Positions 1 to 10,100 of a stretch of DNA of 47,570 nucleotides are shown piece by piece. The DNA is from Ilumatobacteraceae bacterium (GTDB taxonomy: Bacteria > Actinomycetota > Acidimicrobiia > Acidimicrobiales > Ilumatobacteraceae). Below the pieces are notes generated by a model. That model was not told where the DNA came from and made no database searches. It was given only the letters and a program-made list of their open reading frames with translations. The DNA lies in contig JAEMRY010000001.1 in the NCBI GenBank assembly GCA_016463105.1, positions 1 to 47,570 on the forward strand, in the 5' to 3' direction. The position numbers and the translations under genes are program-made. Position 1 is the stretch's first letter. Each line of letters opens with the position of its first letter.

Positions 1-29
1 TTTTGAACAACGCAAATCTTGGTGGCTAG

Positions 30-52
30 GTGGGAAACTAGTTTCCACTTTT
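30..52 (+). terminator. Putative intrinsic terminator for a plus-strand gene ending at or before the left window edge
   Basis: Hairpin GTG(G)GAAA-CTAG-TTTCCAC (30..48; 7 bp with one bulged G) followed by TTTT (49..52) and a T-rich tail. There is no U-tract on the opposite strand. Stops TGA 4..6 or TAG 27..29 could end an upstream gene. Confidence 0.4.
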
Positions 53-70
53 GCTGTTTGATAAAAACAA

Positions 71-98
71 TTGACACTGCTTCTATCGCTGCCATAAT
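71..98 (+). promoter_or_regulatory. SigA/sigma-70-like promoter of the plus-strand small gene
   Basis: TTGACA (71..76), 16-nt spacer, CATAAT (93..98). The predicted transcription start site (TSS) near 105 leaves only about 3-4 nt before ATG 109, and no SD is present. Confidence 0.5.
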
Positions 99-108
99 GG
101 TAGCGCAA

Positions 109-405
109 ATGGATCAGAACCCCACCCCAGAACAAGCACAAGCTTTGGCCGAAGCTCGCGAACGCCTAGCCGAGACACCAGCCAATGTTGTCGTGGCAAA
201 TCATGTTGTTGGACTCTACGAACTAGCGGCGATTCATTTGGGGGCAAATCCACCACGTTTGTCAGAGGCACAACTGGCGATTGATGCTTTAGCAGCGATA
301 GTCGACACACTCGGCGCTCGCCTTGGCGATGACTATGCCACATTCAAAGATGCATTGGCCAACATTCGCATTGTCTATGTAAAACTAACTAGCGAAACTA
401 GCTAG
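109..405 (+). CDS. Small conserved hypothetical protein, DUF1844-like
   Basis: The track ORF 19..405 starts at a TTG upstream of the promoter, so ATG 109 (alternatively ATG 97) is more likely. The pattern VANHVVGLYELAAIHLG...LSEAQLAIDAL...LANIRIVYVKL resembles DUF1844-type small proteins; the family call is from memory. It is the only plus-strand gene. Confidence 0.6.
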   Translation: MDQNPTPEQAQALAEARERLAETPANVVVANHVVGLYELAAIHLGANPPRLSEAQLAIDALAAIVDTLGARLGDDYATFKDALANIRIVYVKLTSETS

Positions 406-1334
406 CCAAAAACTGCTCCAGGTTCGATTCTCGCTCCGTTGAGCCAGCCCGCAACTGACATCACAGATTTACCTTCAGGTTGAACTTCAACTAACGAAAT
501 ACTGCCGGCACCAGTCCTGATTTCACATTGGTTTCGCGAGATGAGCGAAATTGCACCGACGACATGAGTTGTGTCTGTATCTGAAGAAATCTTCGCCGCA
601 ATAATTTTTAGGCGTTTGTCGCCGATATTTGTGTATGCCCCGCCCACTCGGATTAAACGGTCTATCTCTAAGGCAGTTAGTCCCCAATTAATTTGCATTT
701 CTTGGGCTGAAATTTTTTTGGCATACGACACATCGCCGGTTTGTGCGACTCCGCGCCCCGTTCCGTTTTTTACGGCATCCACCAAAAGCGGCAACGACAT
801 GCTGAGTAAATTATTTCGCACCGACGCAAGCGTGTCAGTCGGCGAAATCGATATTTCGCCCTGACGATAAACCTCGCCCTGGTCAAGACCTTCAACGACT
901 CGCATGATGCACACACCAGTTTTTTCGTCGCCAGCAAGAATTGCTCGTTCAACTGGTGCTGCTCCACGCCAACGAGGTAACAGCGAAAAATGCACATTGA
1001 TCATCGGCACGATGCTAAGAACGCTCATCGGAATCAGGGCCCCGTAGGCAACTACTACCCCGAGTAAATCTTTGTCGTCACTCTGTTTAGCCAAAGCGAC
1101 GACATCATCCAAAGATTCAGAAACGCGAATTCCAAGATTTTGTGCCGCAAGTTTTACCGGACTTGCAGTTGCTAAGTTGCCCCGTCCACGTCGCACATCT
1201 GGTCTAGTAATAACTAACTCAACATTGCACCCGCTAGCAACAAGCGCTTGAAGCGGCGCAACAGCGATTTCTGGTGTGCCTAAATAAACAACCCTTGACG
1301 CACCAGCAACTGGCAGATCAGCAAGCAGCGTCAC
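402..1334 (-). CDS. fmt: Methionyl-tRNA formyltransferase
   Basis: 310 aa. Motifs VVYLGTPEIAV and HFSLLPRWRGAAPV are the formyltransferase signature. GTG start overlaps the def stop (GTGA). Confidence 0.95.
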   Translation of the reverse strand: MTLLADLPVAGASRVVYLGTPEIAVAPLQALVASGCNVELVITRPDVRRGRGNLATASPVKLAAQNLGIRVSESLDDVVALAKQSDDKDLLGVVVAYGALIPMSVLSIVPMINVHFSLLPRWRGAAPVERAILAGDEKTGVCIMRVVEGLDQGEVYRQGEISISPTDTLASVRNNLLSMSLPLLVDAVKNGTGRGVAQTGDVSYAKKISAQEMQINWGLTALEIDRLIRVGGAYTNIGDKRLKIIAAKISSDTDTTHVVGAISLISRNQCEIRTGAGSISLVEVQPEGKSVMSVAGWLNGARIEPGAVFG

Positions 1335-1852
1335 GAAAGCTTTAAATGTGTCGTTTCGATATCACCAGGCTGCTCTTCACGACGACGATATTCGGCAAGA
1401 GCTAATTTTCTTTGATCTGCAGTCATTCTTTCAAACATCAACACACCCTGCAGGTGGTCAATCTCATGTTGAAATAGTCGAGCAAGCAACTCATCGGCTT
1501 CAATCTCGACCGTATTGCCATCTAAGTTTATGCCACGCACCAAAATAAGTTTCGGACGCAACATCTCGACCGACAAACCAGGAATCGACAAACAACCTTC
1601 GTCATAAACCCATTCACCGCTCGACTCAATAATTTTCGGGTTAATCAAAATTTGTGGCGAGTCGTCAACATCGTAAACAAAAAGTTGCTTCTGCACTCCA
1701 ATTTGCGGTGCAGCCAGCCCAAGACCTGGTGCTTCATACATCACCTGCAACATCTCGTCGGCAAGTTTGACTAATTTGCCGTCAATGTTGGTGATTTCGG
1801 CGGCACACGTTTTTAAAACCGGGTCACCATATGTTCGAATCTGATAAGTCAT
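1331..1852 (-). CDS. def: Peptide deformylase
   Basis: Motifs GLGLAAPQIG, EGCLSIPG and QHEIDHLQG. Start trimmed to ATG 1852 (MTYQIRTYGDPVLK), 10 nt after the priA stop. The track's longer ORF overlaps priA. Confidence 0.93.
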   Translation of the reverse strand: MTYQIRTYGDPVLKTCAAEITNIDGKLVKLADEMLQVMYEAPGLGLAAPQIGVQKQLFVYDVDDSPQILINPKIIESSGEWVYDEGCLSIPGLSVEMLRPKLILVRGINLDGNTVEIEADELLARLFQHEIDHLQGVLMFERMTADQRKLALAEYRRREEQPGDIETTHLKLS

Positions 1853-1862
1853 CGGGTTAAGG

Positions 1863-3608
1863 CTATACGCGAGGCGGGTCAACATGAATAGATAGCCGAG
1901 ATTTCGCTGGTCGTTTGGCATTAAGCAAAGTTTCACTAAGTAGTTGCCAGTTCTCGGCACGCACCAAACCATGTGTCGAGTCTTTGATCACGGTCTGCAC
2001 CAACATCGTGGCACCCAATGTTTCTAGAAATGCTTGTGTTCCGGCACCACTGATTTCAGCAAGCGAGCCGAACGGTGGAAACTTCAACATTGAACGACGC
2101 GCTTTTTCGATTTCAAAATAATTATCTAAATTGCCAGTTGAAAAACCAACAAGCAAAGAATTTTCTGGCGTATGGGTTTGCAGCAGAATCCGTGGAGAGT
2201 TTTTTGAATTACCAACTAGCCGAGCAGCATGAACTATCAACGATGCCACCAGTTCGCTTGCCCTATATCTCGGCGCTAAAAGTTCTGCATCAACATCCAG
2301 AAACACAACCGTGTCTGCAGATTGCACGCGATGCAGAACTGCTTCAGTGCCAACAAAAACATTTATTCGCTGATTTACTTCTGTTGTTGCCGACGTCACT
2401 TCGGCAACTGTGCGATTTGCCGCGGCCTGCAACTCTTCACGCAAACGACTCACACCTGGTTTTAGTAGTGCACAACTACTCGAACCACATGACTGGCAAA
2501 CAACCGGTCTTACTGCGGCACAACGCGGACATTCAAGCGTCTCGCCATCGCGTTGATTGACCGCCGCATCGCAGGTTTCACAACGCAAAATTGTTCTGCA
2601 CTTGCCGCAGGCAATCAGTCGTGCTCGACCTTTAGTGTTGTGCACGCACACCACACGACGAGACGTATCGCGTAGTTCTTTGATTAGTTCGGACGAAATT
2701 AAAGATGTGCTCCAACTTTCGTCTTTGTTGCGATCTAAAACTTCAATCTTCGGCCAAGACTTTTGTTTATCGATCTCGTGTGCGACAAAGATTCTCTCGC
2801 CTGCCCAATTTCTGGCAACCTGAGATGGTGTCGGGCTAATCAGACAACACACAACTTTGGCTCGCCGACAACGCTCAATCGCTACATCTCGGGCATGCCA
2901 AGTTGGACTGCGCTCTTCTTGCAATAAGTCATCATGTTCATCTACGACAACAATTGTCGAAAACCGTGCGACAGGCGCCCAGACAACACTGCGAGTGCCA
3001 ATGACAATATCAACACCACCTAAGGCGCTCGACCAATCTTGTGGCCATAACGCAATTGAAAAGCCATTCGCCTTGAGCGACGCAGCCAACAACCGCGCAC
3101 GATGTTGGGTCGGCATCACCACAATTATTGGACCGTTACATGCAAAAGCACTGACAATTGCAGTTGGATTAGCAAGCGGCGAAACAGAAATTAAACCGCC
3201 ACCATATTCAGAAACTAGATCGCAAGCAGCCGATGAGCGCTTAACAGCCTGCGGCAAATATCTTTGCACTGGCACCTTAGCGATCAATGTGCTGGGTGCC
3301 GAGGTCGAAATAAAAGAACGAATCCGACCAACCCATCTCAAAGTTGCCCAATGCGCAAGCTCAATAATTTCTTGCGTGGTTCCGAGTCCCAAAATTTTGA
3401 TTACCGAACGCAACTTACTAATTTCGAGTCCTGTGCTTGGCTCGCCGATCGCTATCACCCATCCGGCAACATTTCGTCCATGCAATGGCACGCGTACGCG
3501 CATTCCAATGCGCAGAACATCGCCAAGAGATTCTGGGATTAAATAGTCAAATGTTTTGTCTACACCCGTAACATCGGGCACGACGCGCGCAACCCGAAGT
3601 GAGGGCAC
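1863..3608 (-). CDS. priA: Primosomal protein N' (PriA), actinobacterial type lacking Walker A
   Basis: 581 aa. Cys-rich zinc-binding region CGKC..CETC..CPRC..CQSC and a VVDEHDD box, but SPLANPTA where GxGKT is expected. GTG start. Confidence 0.85.
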   Translation of the reverse strand: MPSLRVARVVPDVTGVDKTFDYLIPESLGDVLRIGMRVRVPLHGRNVAGWVIAIGEPSTGLEISKLRSVIKILGLGTTQEIIELAHWATLRWVGRIRSFISTSAPSTLIAKVPVQRYLPQAVKRSSAACDLVSEYGGGLISVSPLANPTAIVSAFACNGPIIVVMPTQHRARLLAASLKANGFSIALWPQDWSSALGGVDIVIGTRSVVWAPVARFSTIVVVDEHDDLLQEERSPTWHARDVAIERCRRAKVVCCLISPTPSQVARNWAGERIFVAHEIDKQKSWPKIEVLDRNKDESWSTSLISSELIKELRDTSRRVVCVHNTKGRARLIACGKCRTILRCETCDAAVNQRDGETLECPRCAAVRPVVCQSCGSSSCALLKPGVSRLREELQAAANRTVAEVTSATTEVNQRINVFVGTEAVLHRVQSADTVVFLDVDAELLAPRYRASELVASLIVHAARLVGNSKNSPRILLQTHTPENSLLVGFSTGNLDNYFEIEKARRSMLKFPPFGSLAEISGAGTQAFLETLGATMLVQTVIKDSTHGLVRAENWQLLSETLLNAKRPAKSRLSIHVDPPRV

Positions 3609-3619
3609 CGCATCTTTGT

Positions 3620-4813
3620 TCAGAGTTTGACTGCTGCCTTGAACTCTTTAAGACGTGACAGGTTCTCCCAAGTAAAAGTTGGATGACTACGACCGAAGTG
3701 TCCATATGCGGCTGTCTTTTGATAAATCGGACGCTTTAAATCAAGATCGCGAACGATTGCTGCTGGTCGAAGATCAAAGACTGCGCGAACAGCAGACTCA
3801 ATTAACGAATCATCAACTTTATTCGTGCCAAATGTTTCAACAAAAATACTTACTGGATGCGCCATGCCAATGGCATAGGCAACTTGAAGTTCGCAGCGTT
3901 CTGCTGCCCCAGATGCAACCACATGTTTTGCCACCCAACGTGCTGCATAGGCTGCCGATCGATCAACTTTTGATGGATCTTTTCCGCTGAATGCTCCACC
4001 ACCATGTCGGCCCATACCACCGTATGTGTCAACGATAATTTTGCGACCCGTTAAACCTGTATCAGCATGTGGTCCGCCCTTAACAAACTCACCAGTTGGG
4101 TTTACATAAACGGCGTAGTCGTCGTTTGCGAATTGTGCTGGGATAACTGGACGAATTACTTGTTCAATTAAATCTGGACGAATCACAGTGTCACGATTAA
4201 TGCCGTCAGCGTGTTGCGTCGAAATCAAAACTGTGCGCAATCGAACTGGCTTGCCACCTTCGTAATCAAAAGTAACTTGCGTCTTGCCGTCTGGGCGCAA
4301 ATATGGAATCGCTCCTGACTTGCGCACGTCAGCCAATTTTTCAGCCATACGGTGTGCCAACCAAATCGGCAGTGGCATCAAGTCTTCTGTCTCGGTGCAT
4401 GCGTAACCAAACATCATTCCTTGATCGCCAGCACCTTGACTATTCAGAACATCTTCACCACTTTTACCGACTCGAATTTCTTCACTGACGTTTACGCCCT
4501 GCGCAATGTTTGGACTCTGTTCGTCGATGCTGACAATCACTCCACATGTATTGCCATCAAAGCCATAAAGCGCGTTGTCGTATCCGATGCCGTTAATGAC
4601 ACCACGAGCAAGTTTTGGAATATCAACGTAAGCACTAGTGGTGATTTCGCCAGCGATGACACACAAGCCAGTTGTCAACAATGTTTCACACGCAACACGA
4701 CCAGCAGGATCTTCTGCCAAAATTGCATCAAGTACCGCATCAGAAATCTGATCGGCCATCTTGTCGGGGTGACCCTCGGTCACGCTCTCAGAGGTAAACG
4801 AATACTGCTTCAT
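3620..4813 (-). CDS. metK: S-adenosylmethionine synthetase
   Basis: 397 aa. Motifs [16 protein letters not shown] and [22 protein letters not shown] lies 6 nt upstream of the ATG. Confidence 0.97.
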   Translation of the reverse strand: MKQYSFTSESVTEGHPDKMADQISDAVLDAILAEDPAGRVACETLLTTGLCVIAGEITTSAYVDIPKLARGVINGIGYDNALYGFDGNTCGVIVSIDEQSPNIAQGVNVSEEIRVGKSGEDVLNSQGAGDQGMMFGYACTETEDLMPLPIWLAHRMAEKLADVRKSGAIPYLRPDGKTQVTFDYEGGKPVRLRTVLISTQHADGINRDTVIRPDLIEQVIRPVIPAQFANDDYAVYVNPTGEFVKGGPHADTGLTGRKIIVDTYGGMGRHGGGAFSGKDPSKVDRSAAYAARWVAKHVVASGAAERCELQVAYAIGMAHPVSIFVETFGTNKVDDSLIESAVRAVFDLRPAAIVRDLDLKRPIYQKTAAYGHFGRSHPTFTWENLSRLKEFKAAVKL

Positions 4814-4841
4814 AGATTCTCCATCTAAATTGATTTAACAA

Positions 4842-4877
4842 GACGCTAGTCAATATGACGATAGTCAACGTGACTAT
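4842..4877 (-). promoter_or_regulatory. Candidate operator or regulatory repeats upstream of metK
   Basis: On the minus strand: TATAGTCA-CGT-TGACTATCGTC-ATA-TTGACTAGCGTC. The 12-mer TTGACTAnCGTC occurs twice with a 15-nt period, and there is a perfect 7-3-7 palindrome ATAGTCA/TGACTAT (4861..4877). A possible -10 TATAGT sits at 4873..4878. Confidence 0.35.
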
Positions 4878-4896
4878 AGAAGAACTTCGTTATCGG

Positions 4897-5238
4897 CTAT
4901 TGAGCGTCAGGCTCTGTCGCAGCTTCAAGTTCGGCAGCCAGTTCGGCTTCTTGCGCAGCAGCGGCAGCCTCGTTCTCGGCGACAATGTCTTCAATCGTGC
5001 GAGCAACTAGTTGAATCTTGCCGGCAGAAATTTCTTCAAAACTAATCGAAAGTGGCTTGCGAGCAGTAGAACTAACTTGTGGTGGCACCATGTTGCCCAA
5101 ACCGTCACCAAGTTGATTGAAGTATGAGTTGATCTCTCGTGCGCGACGGGCAGCAAGCGTGACTAACGAAAACTTTGAGCCAGTATGACTCATCAGAGAT
5201 TCGATTGCTGGATTCATCATCGTGTCTTCTGTCGTCAC
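4897..5238 (-). CDS. rpoZ: DNA-directed RNA polymerase subunit omega
   Basis: NPAIESLMSHTGSKFSLVTLAARRAREINSYFNQLG matches the actinobacterial RpoZ core. GTG 5238 is preceded by AGGAGG (5245..5250) at 6 nt. The track ORF extends to 5295. Confidence 0.88.
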   Translation of the reverse strand: MTTEDTMMNPAIESLMSHTGSKFSLVTLAARRAREINSYFNQLGDGLGNMVPPQVSSTARKPLSISFEEISAGKIQLVARTIEDIVAENEAAAAAQEAELAAELEAATEPDAQ

Positions 5239-5303
5239 TGCAATCCTCCTGGGATCAGGCATCGGGTACGCCTTGCGGCTAACAAGTATAGCCACAGATT
5301 TAG

Positions 5304-5870
5304 CTAGACGTTGCGCTGCTTTCGCTCATAGTCAATTATCCGAATCATCTCTTCAACGGTCGCTCCAAGGTCATCATTGACAATCACATAGTCGGCGATT
5401 GCCTTGCCGACTGGCTCTTCTTCTTCAGCCTTGCGTAATCTCTTTTCGACTTTTTGATCAGAGTCGCCACGACCTCGTAGCCGTGATTTTTGCTCTTGGC
5501 GAGAAGGCGGCAAGATGAATAACAATAAAGCCTTGGCATTAAGTTTTTTTACCTGCTGTGCACCATCAACTTCGATTTCAAGCACAGTGTCTTTGCCGTC
5601 TGGAGCACTTGGCGTGGGGGTTCCATACAAATTTCCGAGAAAATCAGTCCACTCTAAAAATCCACCGTCAGCAATGTGTCGTTCAAATTGCTCTCGCGTG
5701 ACGAATTTATATGCATCTGCCACTTCGCCCTGTCGGCGTTCGCGAGTTGTCCATGATCGACTCAGCCACAAATTTGGATCTCGCTTAACAAGGTCGTCAA
5801 CAATTGTGCTCTTACCAACACCACCAGGGCCCGATACGACAATTACAAGACCACTAGTTTGTAACGACAT
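5304..5870 (-). CDS. gmk: Guanylate kinase
   Basis: 188 aa. P-loop GPGGVGKST and a SRSWTTR motif. The ATG overlaps the mihF stop by 1 nt. Confidence 0.95.
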   Translation of the reverse strand: MSLQTSGLVIVVSGPGGVGKSTIVDDLVKRDPNLWLSRSWTTRERRQGEVADAYKFVTREQFERHIADGGFLEWTDFLGNLYGTPTPSAPDGKDTVLEIEVDGAQQVKKLNAKALLLFILPPSRQEQKSRLRGRGDSDQKVEKRLRKAEEEEPVGKAIADYVIVNDDLGATVEEMIRIIDYERKQRNV

Positions 5871-6199
5871 CAGACGAGCGCCTTAATTCGTTTGAGCAAT
5901 TCTTCTCGTTCTTGACTTGACAAACTTTCGATCCGGCGTTTTTCTGTAATTTTTAAATCTGCCATTATTCGCCGGGCTTTGATTTTTCCGATACTCGCAA
6001 CCGATTCAAGTGCCTTGACGAGATACAAACGATTAGTCGCTTCGTGATTATCTCTTTTATTCAGCACATCTGAAAACGACAAACTTCCTGCACAAATGTC
6101 GGCTAGAACGCAAGTCATCTCTTGGCGCAACGATTTAGCACTCGCGATCGCAACACTGCGGCCTAGATCAACCGCGATTGACGCATGTGAGGTTGCCAT
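5870..6199 (-). CDS. mihF: Actinobacterial integration host factor
   Basis: 109 aa. The pattern SLSFSDVL...LVKALESVASIGKIKARRIMADL...RRIESLSSQEREELL and the position next to gmk-rpoZ are typical of MihF/sIHF. Confidence 0.85.
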   Translation of the reverse strand: MATSHASIAVDLGRSVAIASAKSLRQEMTCVLADICAGSLSFSDVLNKRDNHEATNRLYLVKALESVASIGKIKARRIMADLKITEKRRIESLSSQEREELLKRIKALV

Positions 6200-6205
6200 T
6201 GATCT

Positions 6206-6232
6206 ATTCTACTTGCGAGATTTACTTGTTAA
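6206..6232 (-). promoter_or_regulatory. Putative promoter giving a leaderless mihF mRNA
   Basis: -10 TAGAAT (6206..6211) lies exactly 6 nt before ATG 6199. -35-like TTAACA (6227..6232) with a short 15-nt spacer. No SD. Confidence 0.4.
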
Positions 6233-7177
6233 TTAGCTTGATAATCCGTTTCGATGTGCAGCCGAAGTCACTTGCTTCCAATCTGTTATCTCGTGAGCGA
6301 CAGCCCAATCAATTAGTTGCTGTTGAATCAAAAGTGGCGCACGCGGATTAGCAAAACTGGCGGTTCCAACCTGTACCGCGTTGGCTCCGGCAAGCATTAA
6401 TTCGGCTGCATCTTGACCAGACATCACTCCACCGACACCGACGATTCCGATATTTGGCAAAGCAGCGCGAACATCAAACACACAACGAACAGCAATTGGA
6501 TGAAGCGCCGCACCTGAAAGCCCCCCGCGCACATTGCCAAGACTTGGCATACCCGTGTCTGTATTAATTGCCATACCCATTGCAGTATTAACAAGTGTCA
6601 CGGCTTGCGCACCAGAACTATGAACGGCTCGCGCGATTTCGACAATTTGTGAAGTGTTCGGACTCAACTTTGCCCAGAGCGGCAGACCAGAAACAACACA
6701 ACCCTCTACTATTTGCGCACTGAGTTGTGCGTCGTGGGCAAACACAACATGGTCGCCCCCTAAATTCGGACAAGACAGATTTATTTCAAGTGCAGTAATT
6801 TTGCTTCGCACTTCGCCCAGCAATTTTGCAGCGTCCAGATAATCCTGAACACTGTGTCCCCAGATACTGACGATTATCGTCGCTCCAGTTTTTTCTAACG
6901 CCACGAGATCATGTTCTATAAAATGTGCGACGCCCTCACCTTGAAGACCAACGGCATTCAGCATTCCATTTTTTGTGGGTGAAAGTCTCGGTGCTGGGTT
7001 GCCCGCCCATACGAACGGGGCAATTGATTTTGCAACAACACCACCAATTTCGTTTAACGGAAAATACGCATCAAACTCTGCGCCGTAACCCGCTGTGCCA
7101 GAAGCCGTCAAAATCGGATGCGCAAGCTCTACTTCGCCAACCCGAACCGTGCAACTGGCTATTGATGCAGAAATCAT
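6233..7177 (-). CDS. pyrD: Dihydroorotate dehydrogenase, class 1 (1B-like catalytic subunit)
   Basis: 314 aa. Motifs [25 protein letters not shown] and INLSCPN (catalytic Cys) resemble Bacillus PyrD class 1B. ATGA overlap with the carB stop. Confidence 0.9.
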   Translation of the reverse strand: MISASIASCTVRVGEVELAHPILTASGTAGYGAEFDAYFPLNEIGGVVAKSIAPFVWAGNPAPRLSPTKNGMLNAVGLQGEGVAHFIEHDLVALEKTGATIIVSIWGHSVQDYLDAAKLLGEVRSKITALEINLSCPNLGGDHVVFAHDAQLSAQIVEGCVVSGLPLWAKLSPNTSQIVEIARAVHSSGAQAVTLVNTAMGMAINTDTGMPSLGNVRGGLSGAALHPIAVRCVFDVRAALPNIGIVGVGGVMSGQDAAELMLAGANAVQVGTASFANPRAPLLIQQQLIDWAVAHEITDWKQVTSAAHRNGLSS

Positions 7178-10100
7178 CGAGCGTGAAACTCTTGCAGCGA
7201 CATCACCGTAAACGGTCGATTACGTTGCTCGATCATTCCTTGTACTGCAGCAGTTGCCGCACTCAGGGTCGTCACCACCGATACACGATAAGTATTAGCA
7301 GCTTTGCGAATTGCTTCGCCATCGCTACGTGTGCCATAGCCGCGAGGCGTATTGATTACAAGCGCAATCTCACCAGATTCGATGAGTTTTACCGCGTCGT
7401 CTCGCACATCAGTGCCAGATTTTCTTTCAGAGAATTTGCCGACAATTCGCGACACGTTACATCCGTGTGCGGTCAAAAAATCTGCCGTACCGACTGTCGC
7501 CACAATTTCAAGACCAAGCGAGCTCAAACCTTTGACAACTTCTACTCCTCCTGCTTTGTCGCGATCGTTAAATGAAACGAACACCAGACCAGACTCAGGC
7601 AACGTAGTGCCCGCAGCAAATTGCGCTTTAGCAAAGGCTCGCGCAAACGAATCATCGATTCCCATTACTTCACCTGTTGAACGCATTTCTGGCCCGAGCG
7701 CCGTGTCAACATCGGCGAAACGATTAAACGGCAACACTGCTTCTTTTACCGAGACATGAGAAGTGCCGGCCGGTTTGCGCAGTAATCCTTCTGTGCGAAG
7801 TTCTGCAAGTGAAGCACCAAGCATCACGCGACTTGCTATTTTTGCCAACGGCACACCAGTTGCCTTAGCAACAAACGGCACAGTTCGACTGGCTCGTGGA
7901 TTGGCTTCGATCACATAGACGGTCTCATCGGCGATCGCAAATTGCACATTGACCAAGCCGACAACTTTGAGCGCTTCAGAGATTTTTTTAACTGTATTTT
8001 CGATTATTGAAACTATTTCAGCCGACAAAGTCGCTGGAGGAATTGTGCAAGCCGAATCACCAGAGTGAACACCAGCCTGTTCAACATGCTCCATGACTCC
8101 ACCAATTAGAACTTCTCCTGATGCATCACGAATCGCATCAACATCAACTTCTGTTGCATCTTCTAAAAATCTGTCAATCAATACTGGTCGTTGTGCCGAT
8201 AATCCGCCTTCACGTCCGAGCGAACCAGCCTGACTCATTTCTGCCATGGCGCCACGCAGTCGAGTTTCGTCGTGCACAATCTGCATCGCTCGCCCACCCA
8301 GAACATAACTCGGTCTCACCAAAACTGGGTAACCAATTTTATTTGCAATCTCGACACTCTGCTCAACATCGCGCGCTGTGCCACCAGGCGGTTGCAAAAT
8401 ATTCAAAGACTCACATAAAGCACTCCATTTTTCGCGATCCTCGGCTATATCAATTGACTCACTAGTTGTGCCGACAATTAAATCACTCGGCAATTGTGAT
8501 GCAAGTTTTAGCGGTGTCTGCCCGCCCAAACTGACAATTATTCTTGGCTCGACACCAGTCGCATCTTGCTCGGCTTCGATCACGTTCATTACATCTTCGT
8601 AAGTCAACGGCTCAAAATATAATTTGTCAGAAGTGTCATAGTCAGTTGAGACTGTTTCAGGGTTGCAGTTCAACATGATCGTTTCGTATCCGGCATCGCG
8701 CAGCGCAAAACTCGCGTGCACGCAGCAATAATCAAACTCAATACCCTGACCAATTCGGTTTGGGCCACTTCCTAAGATAATCACCGACTTGCGATCACTG
8801 GATTTAATTTCAGTCTCATCTTCATATGTCGAATAGTGATATGGCGTCTGAGCGGCAAATTCGGCACTGCATGTATCTACTGCTTTATAAACGGGTCTTA
8901 CACCGCGACTCAAACGAGTTGCTCTGACATCATGCTCAGAGCACTTCCATAACCAACCCAGTTGAGCATCAGAAAATCCGAGTCGCTTGACTCGCTTCCA
9001 ATCGCTGACAGATAAATCTTCAACAGTTTGCGTCTCTAGATATTCGCGCTCTTCGACGATCATCATCATTTGATCTAAGAACCATGGGTCGAATTTGCAA
9101 GACTGCGCGACAACTTCAATCGTCATCTTGCGATATAGACACTCGCCAATCTCGAATATTCGCTCAGGGGTCGGAACCGAAATTTTCGCCAACAACTCTT
9201 GGTCAGATACTCCAGCAAATATTTCTTCACCTGGATCACAGTTCAGACCGAAGCGTCCGATTTCAAGAGAGCGCAGGGCTTTTTGCAAACTTTCACTAAA
9301 GGTTCGACCGATCGCCATTGCTTCGCCCACACTTTGCATTTGAGTACCTAGAACACCCGATGTGCCCGGAAACTTCTCAAACGCCCATCGCGGAATTTTC
9401 GTCACTACATAATCAATTGTTGGTTCAAAACTTGCTGGTGTCTTTTTTGTAATGTCGTTGGATATTTCGTCGAGTGTGTAACCCACAGCAAGTTTTGCGG
9501 CGATCTTTGCTATCGGAAACCCTGTGGCTTTTGATGCCAACGCAGAACTTCGCGACACTCTCGGATTCATTTCGATCACGACTTGTTCGCCATTTATTGG
9601 ATTAACCGCAAACTGCACATTTGAACCGCCAGTTTCGACACCAACTCGACGAATGCAGGCGAAAGCCGCATCACGCATTTTTTGATATTCAACATCCGAC
9701 AAAGTCATTATTGGCGCAACCGTCATCGAATCACCGGTATGCACACCCATTGCATCAATGTTTTCGATTGAGCAGATTACGACGCAATTGTCGTTGCGAT
9801 CGCGCATCACTTCGAGTTCGTATTCTTTCCAACCCACAATCGATGTTTCAATCAATATTTCTGAAATCGGACTAGCAGCCAGGCCATTGGCCACAACTGT
9901 TGCAAACTCTTGTGGCGTGTTGGCAATGCCTGTTCCGCGTCCTCCCAAAATATATGCAGGTCGAATAATTACTGGCAAACCAATCTCGGCGAGAACCAAA
10001 TCTGCTTGTTTGGCAGTATGTGCGATGCCGCTGCGTGGCACGTTTAAACCAATTTCAATCATCGCATCTTTAAATTTGCCACGATCCTCGGCTGTAGCAA

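Noticed and set aside
1853-1972. N-terminal extensions in the ORF track (def to 1972, aroC to 21219, ruvX to 23835, ruvA to 40361, plus-strand gene from 19)
   Set aside because: The extensions overlap the preceding gene or a promoter and are absent from canonical homologue N-termini. Shorter starts fit the ribosome-binding site, stop-codon or -10 context.
2857-3546. 229-aa plus-strand ORF antisense to priA
   Set aside because: The composition is Ala/Ser/Thr/Arg-rich, typical of antisense translation. It lies fully inside a well-supported CDS and has no start-site signals.
4814-4896. Possible SAM riboswitch upstream of metK
   Set aside because: At 83 nt in total, including a promoter, the spacer is too short for SAM-I or SAM-IV. 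I could not find a convincing pseudoknot or anti-SD pairing for the small SAM classes. Only a weak 5-bp AU-rich hairpin (UAGAU-GGAGA-AUCUA) surrounds the SD.
6925-7575. 216-aa plus-strand ORF spanning the pyrD/carB junction on the opposite strand
   Set aside because: It crosses two coupled, strongly supported genes. The sequence looks random and no signals are present.
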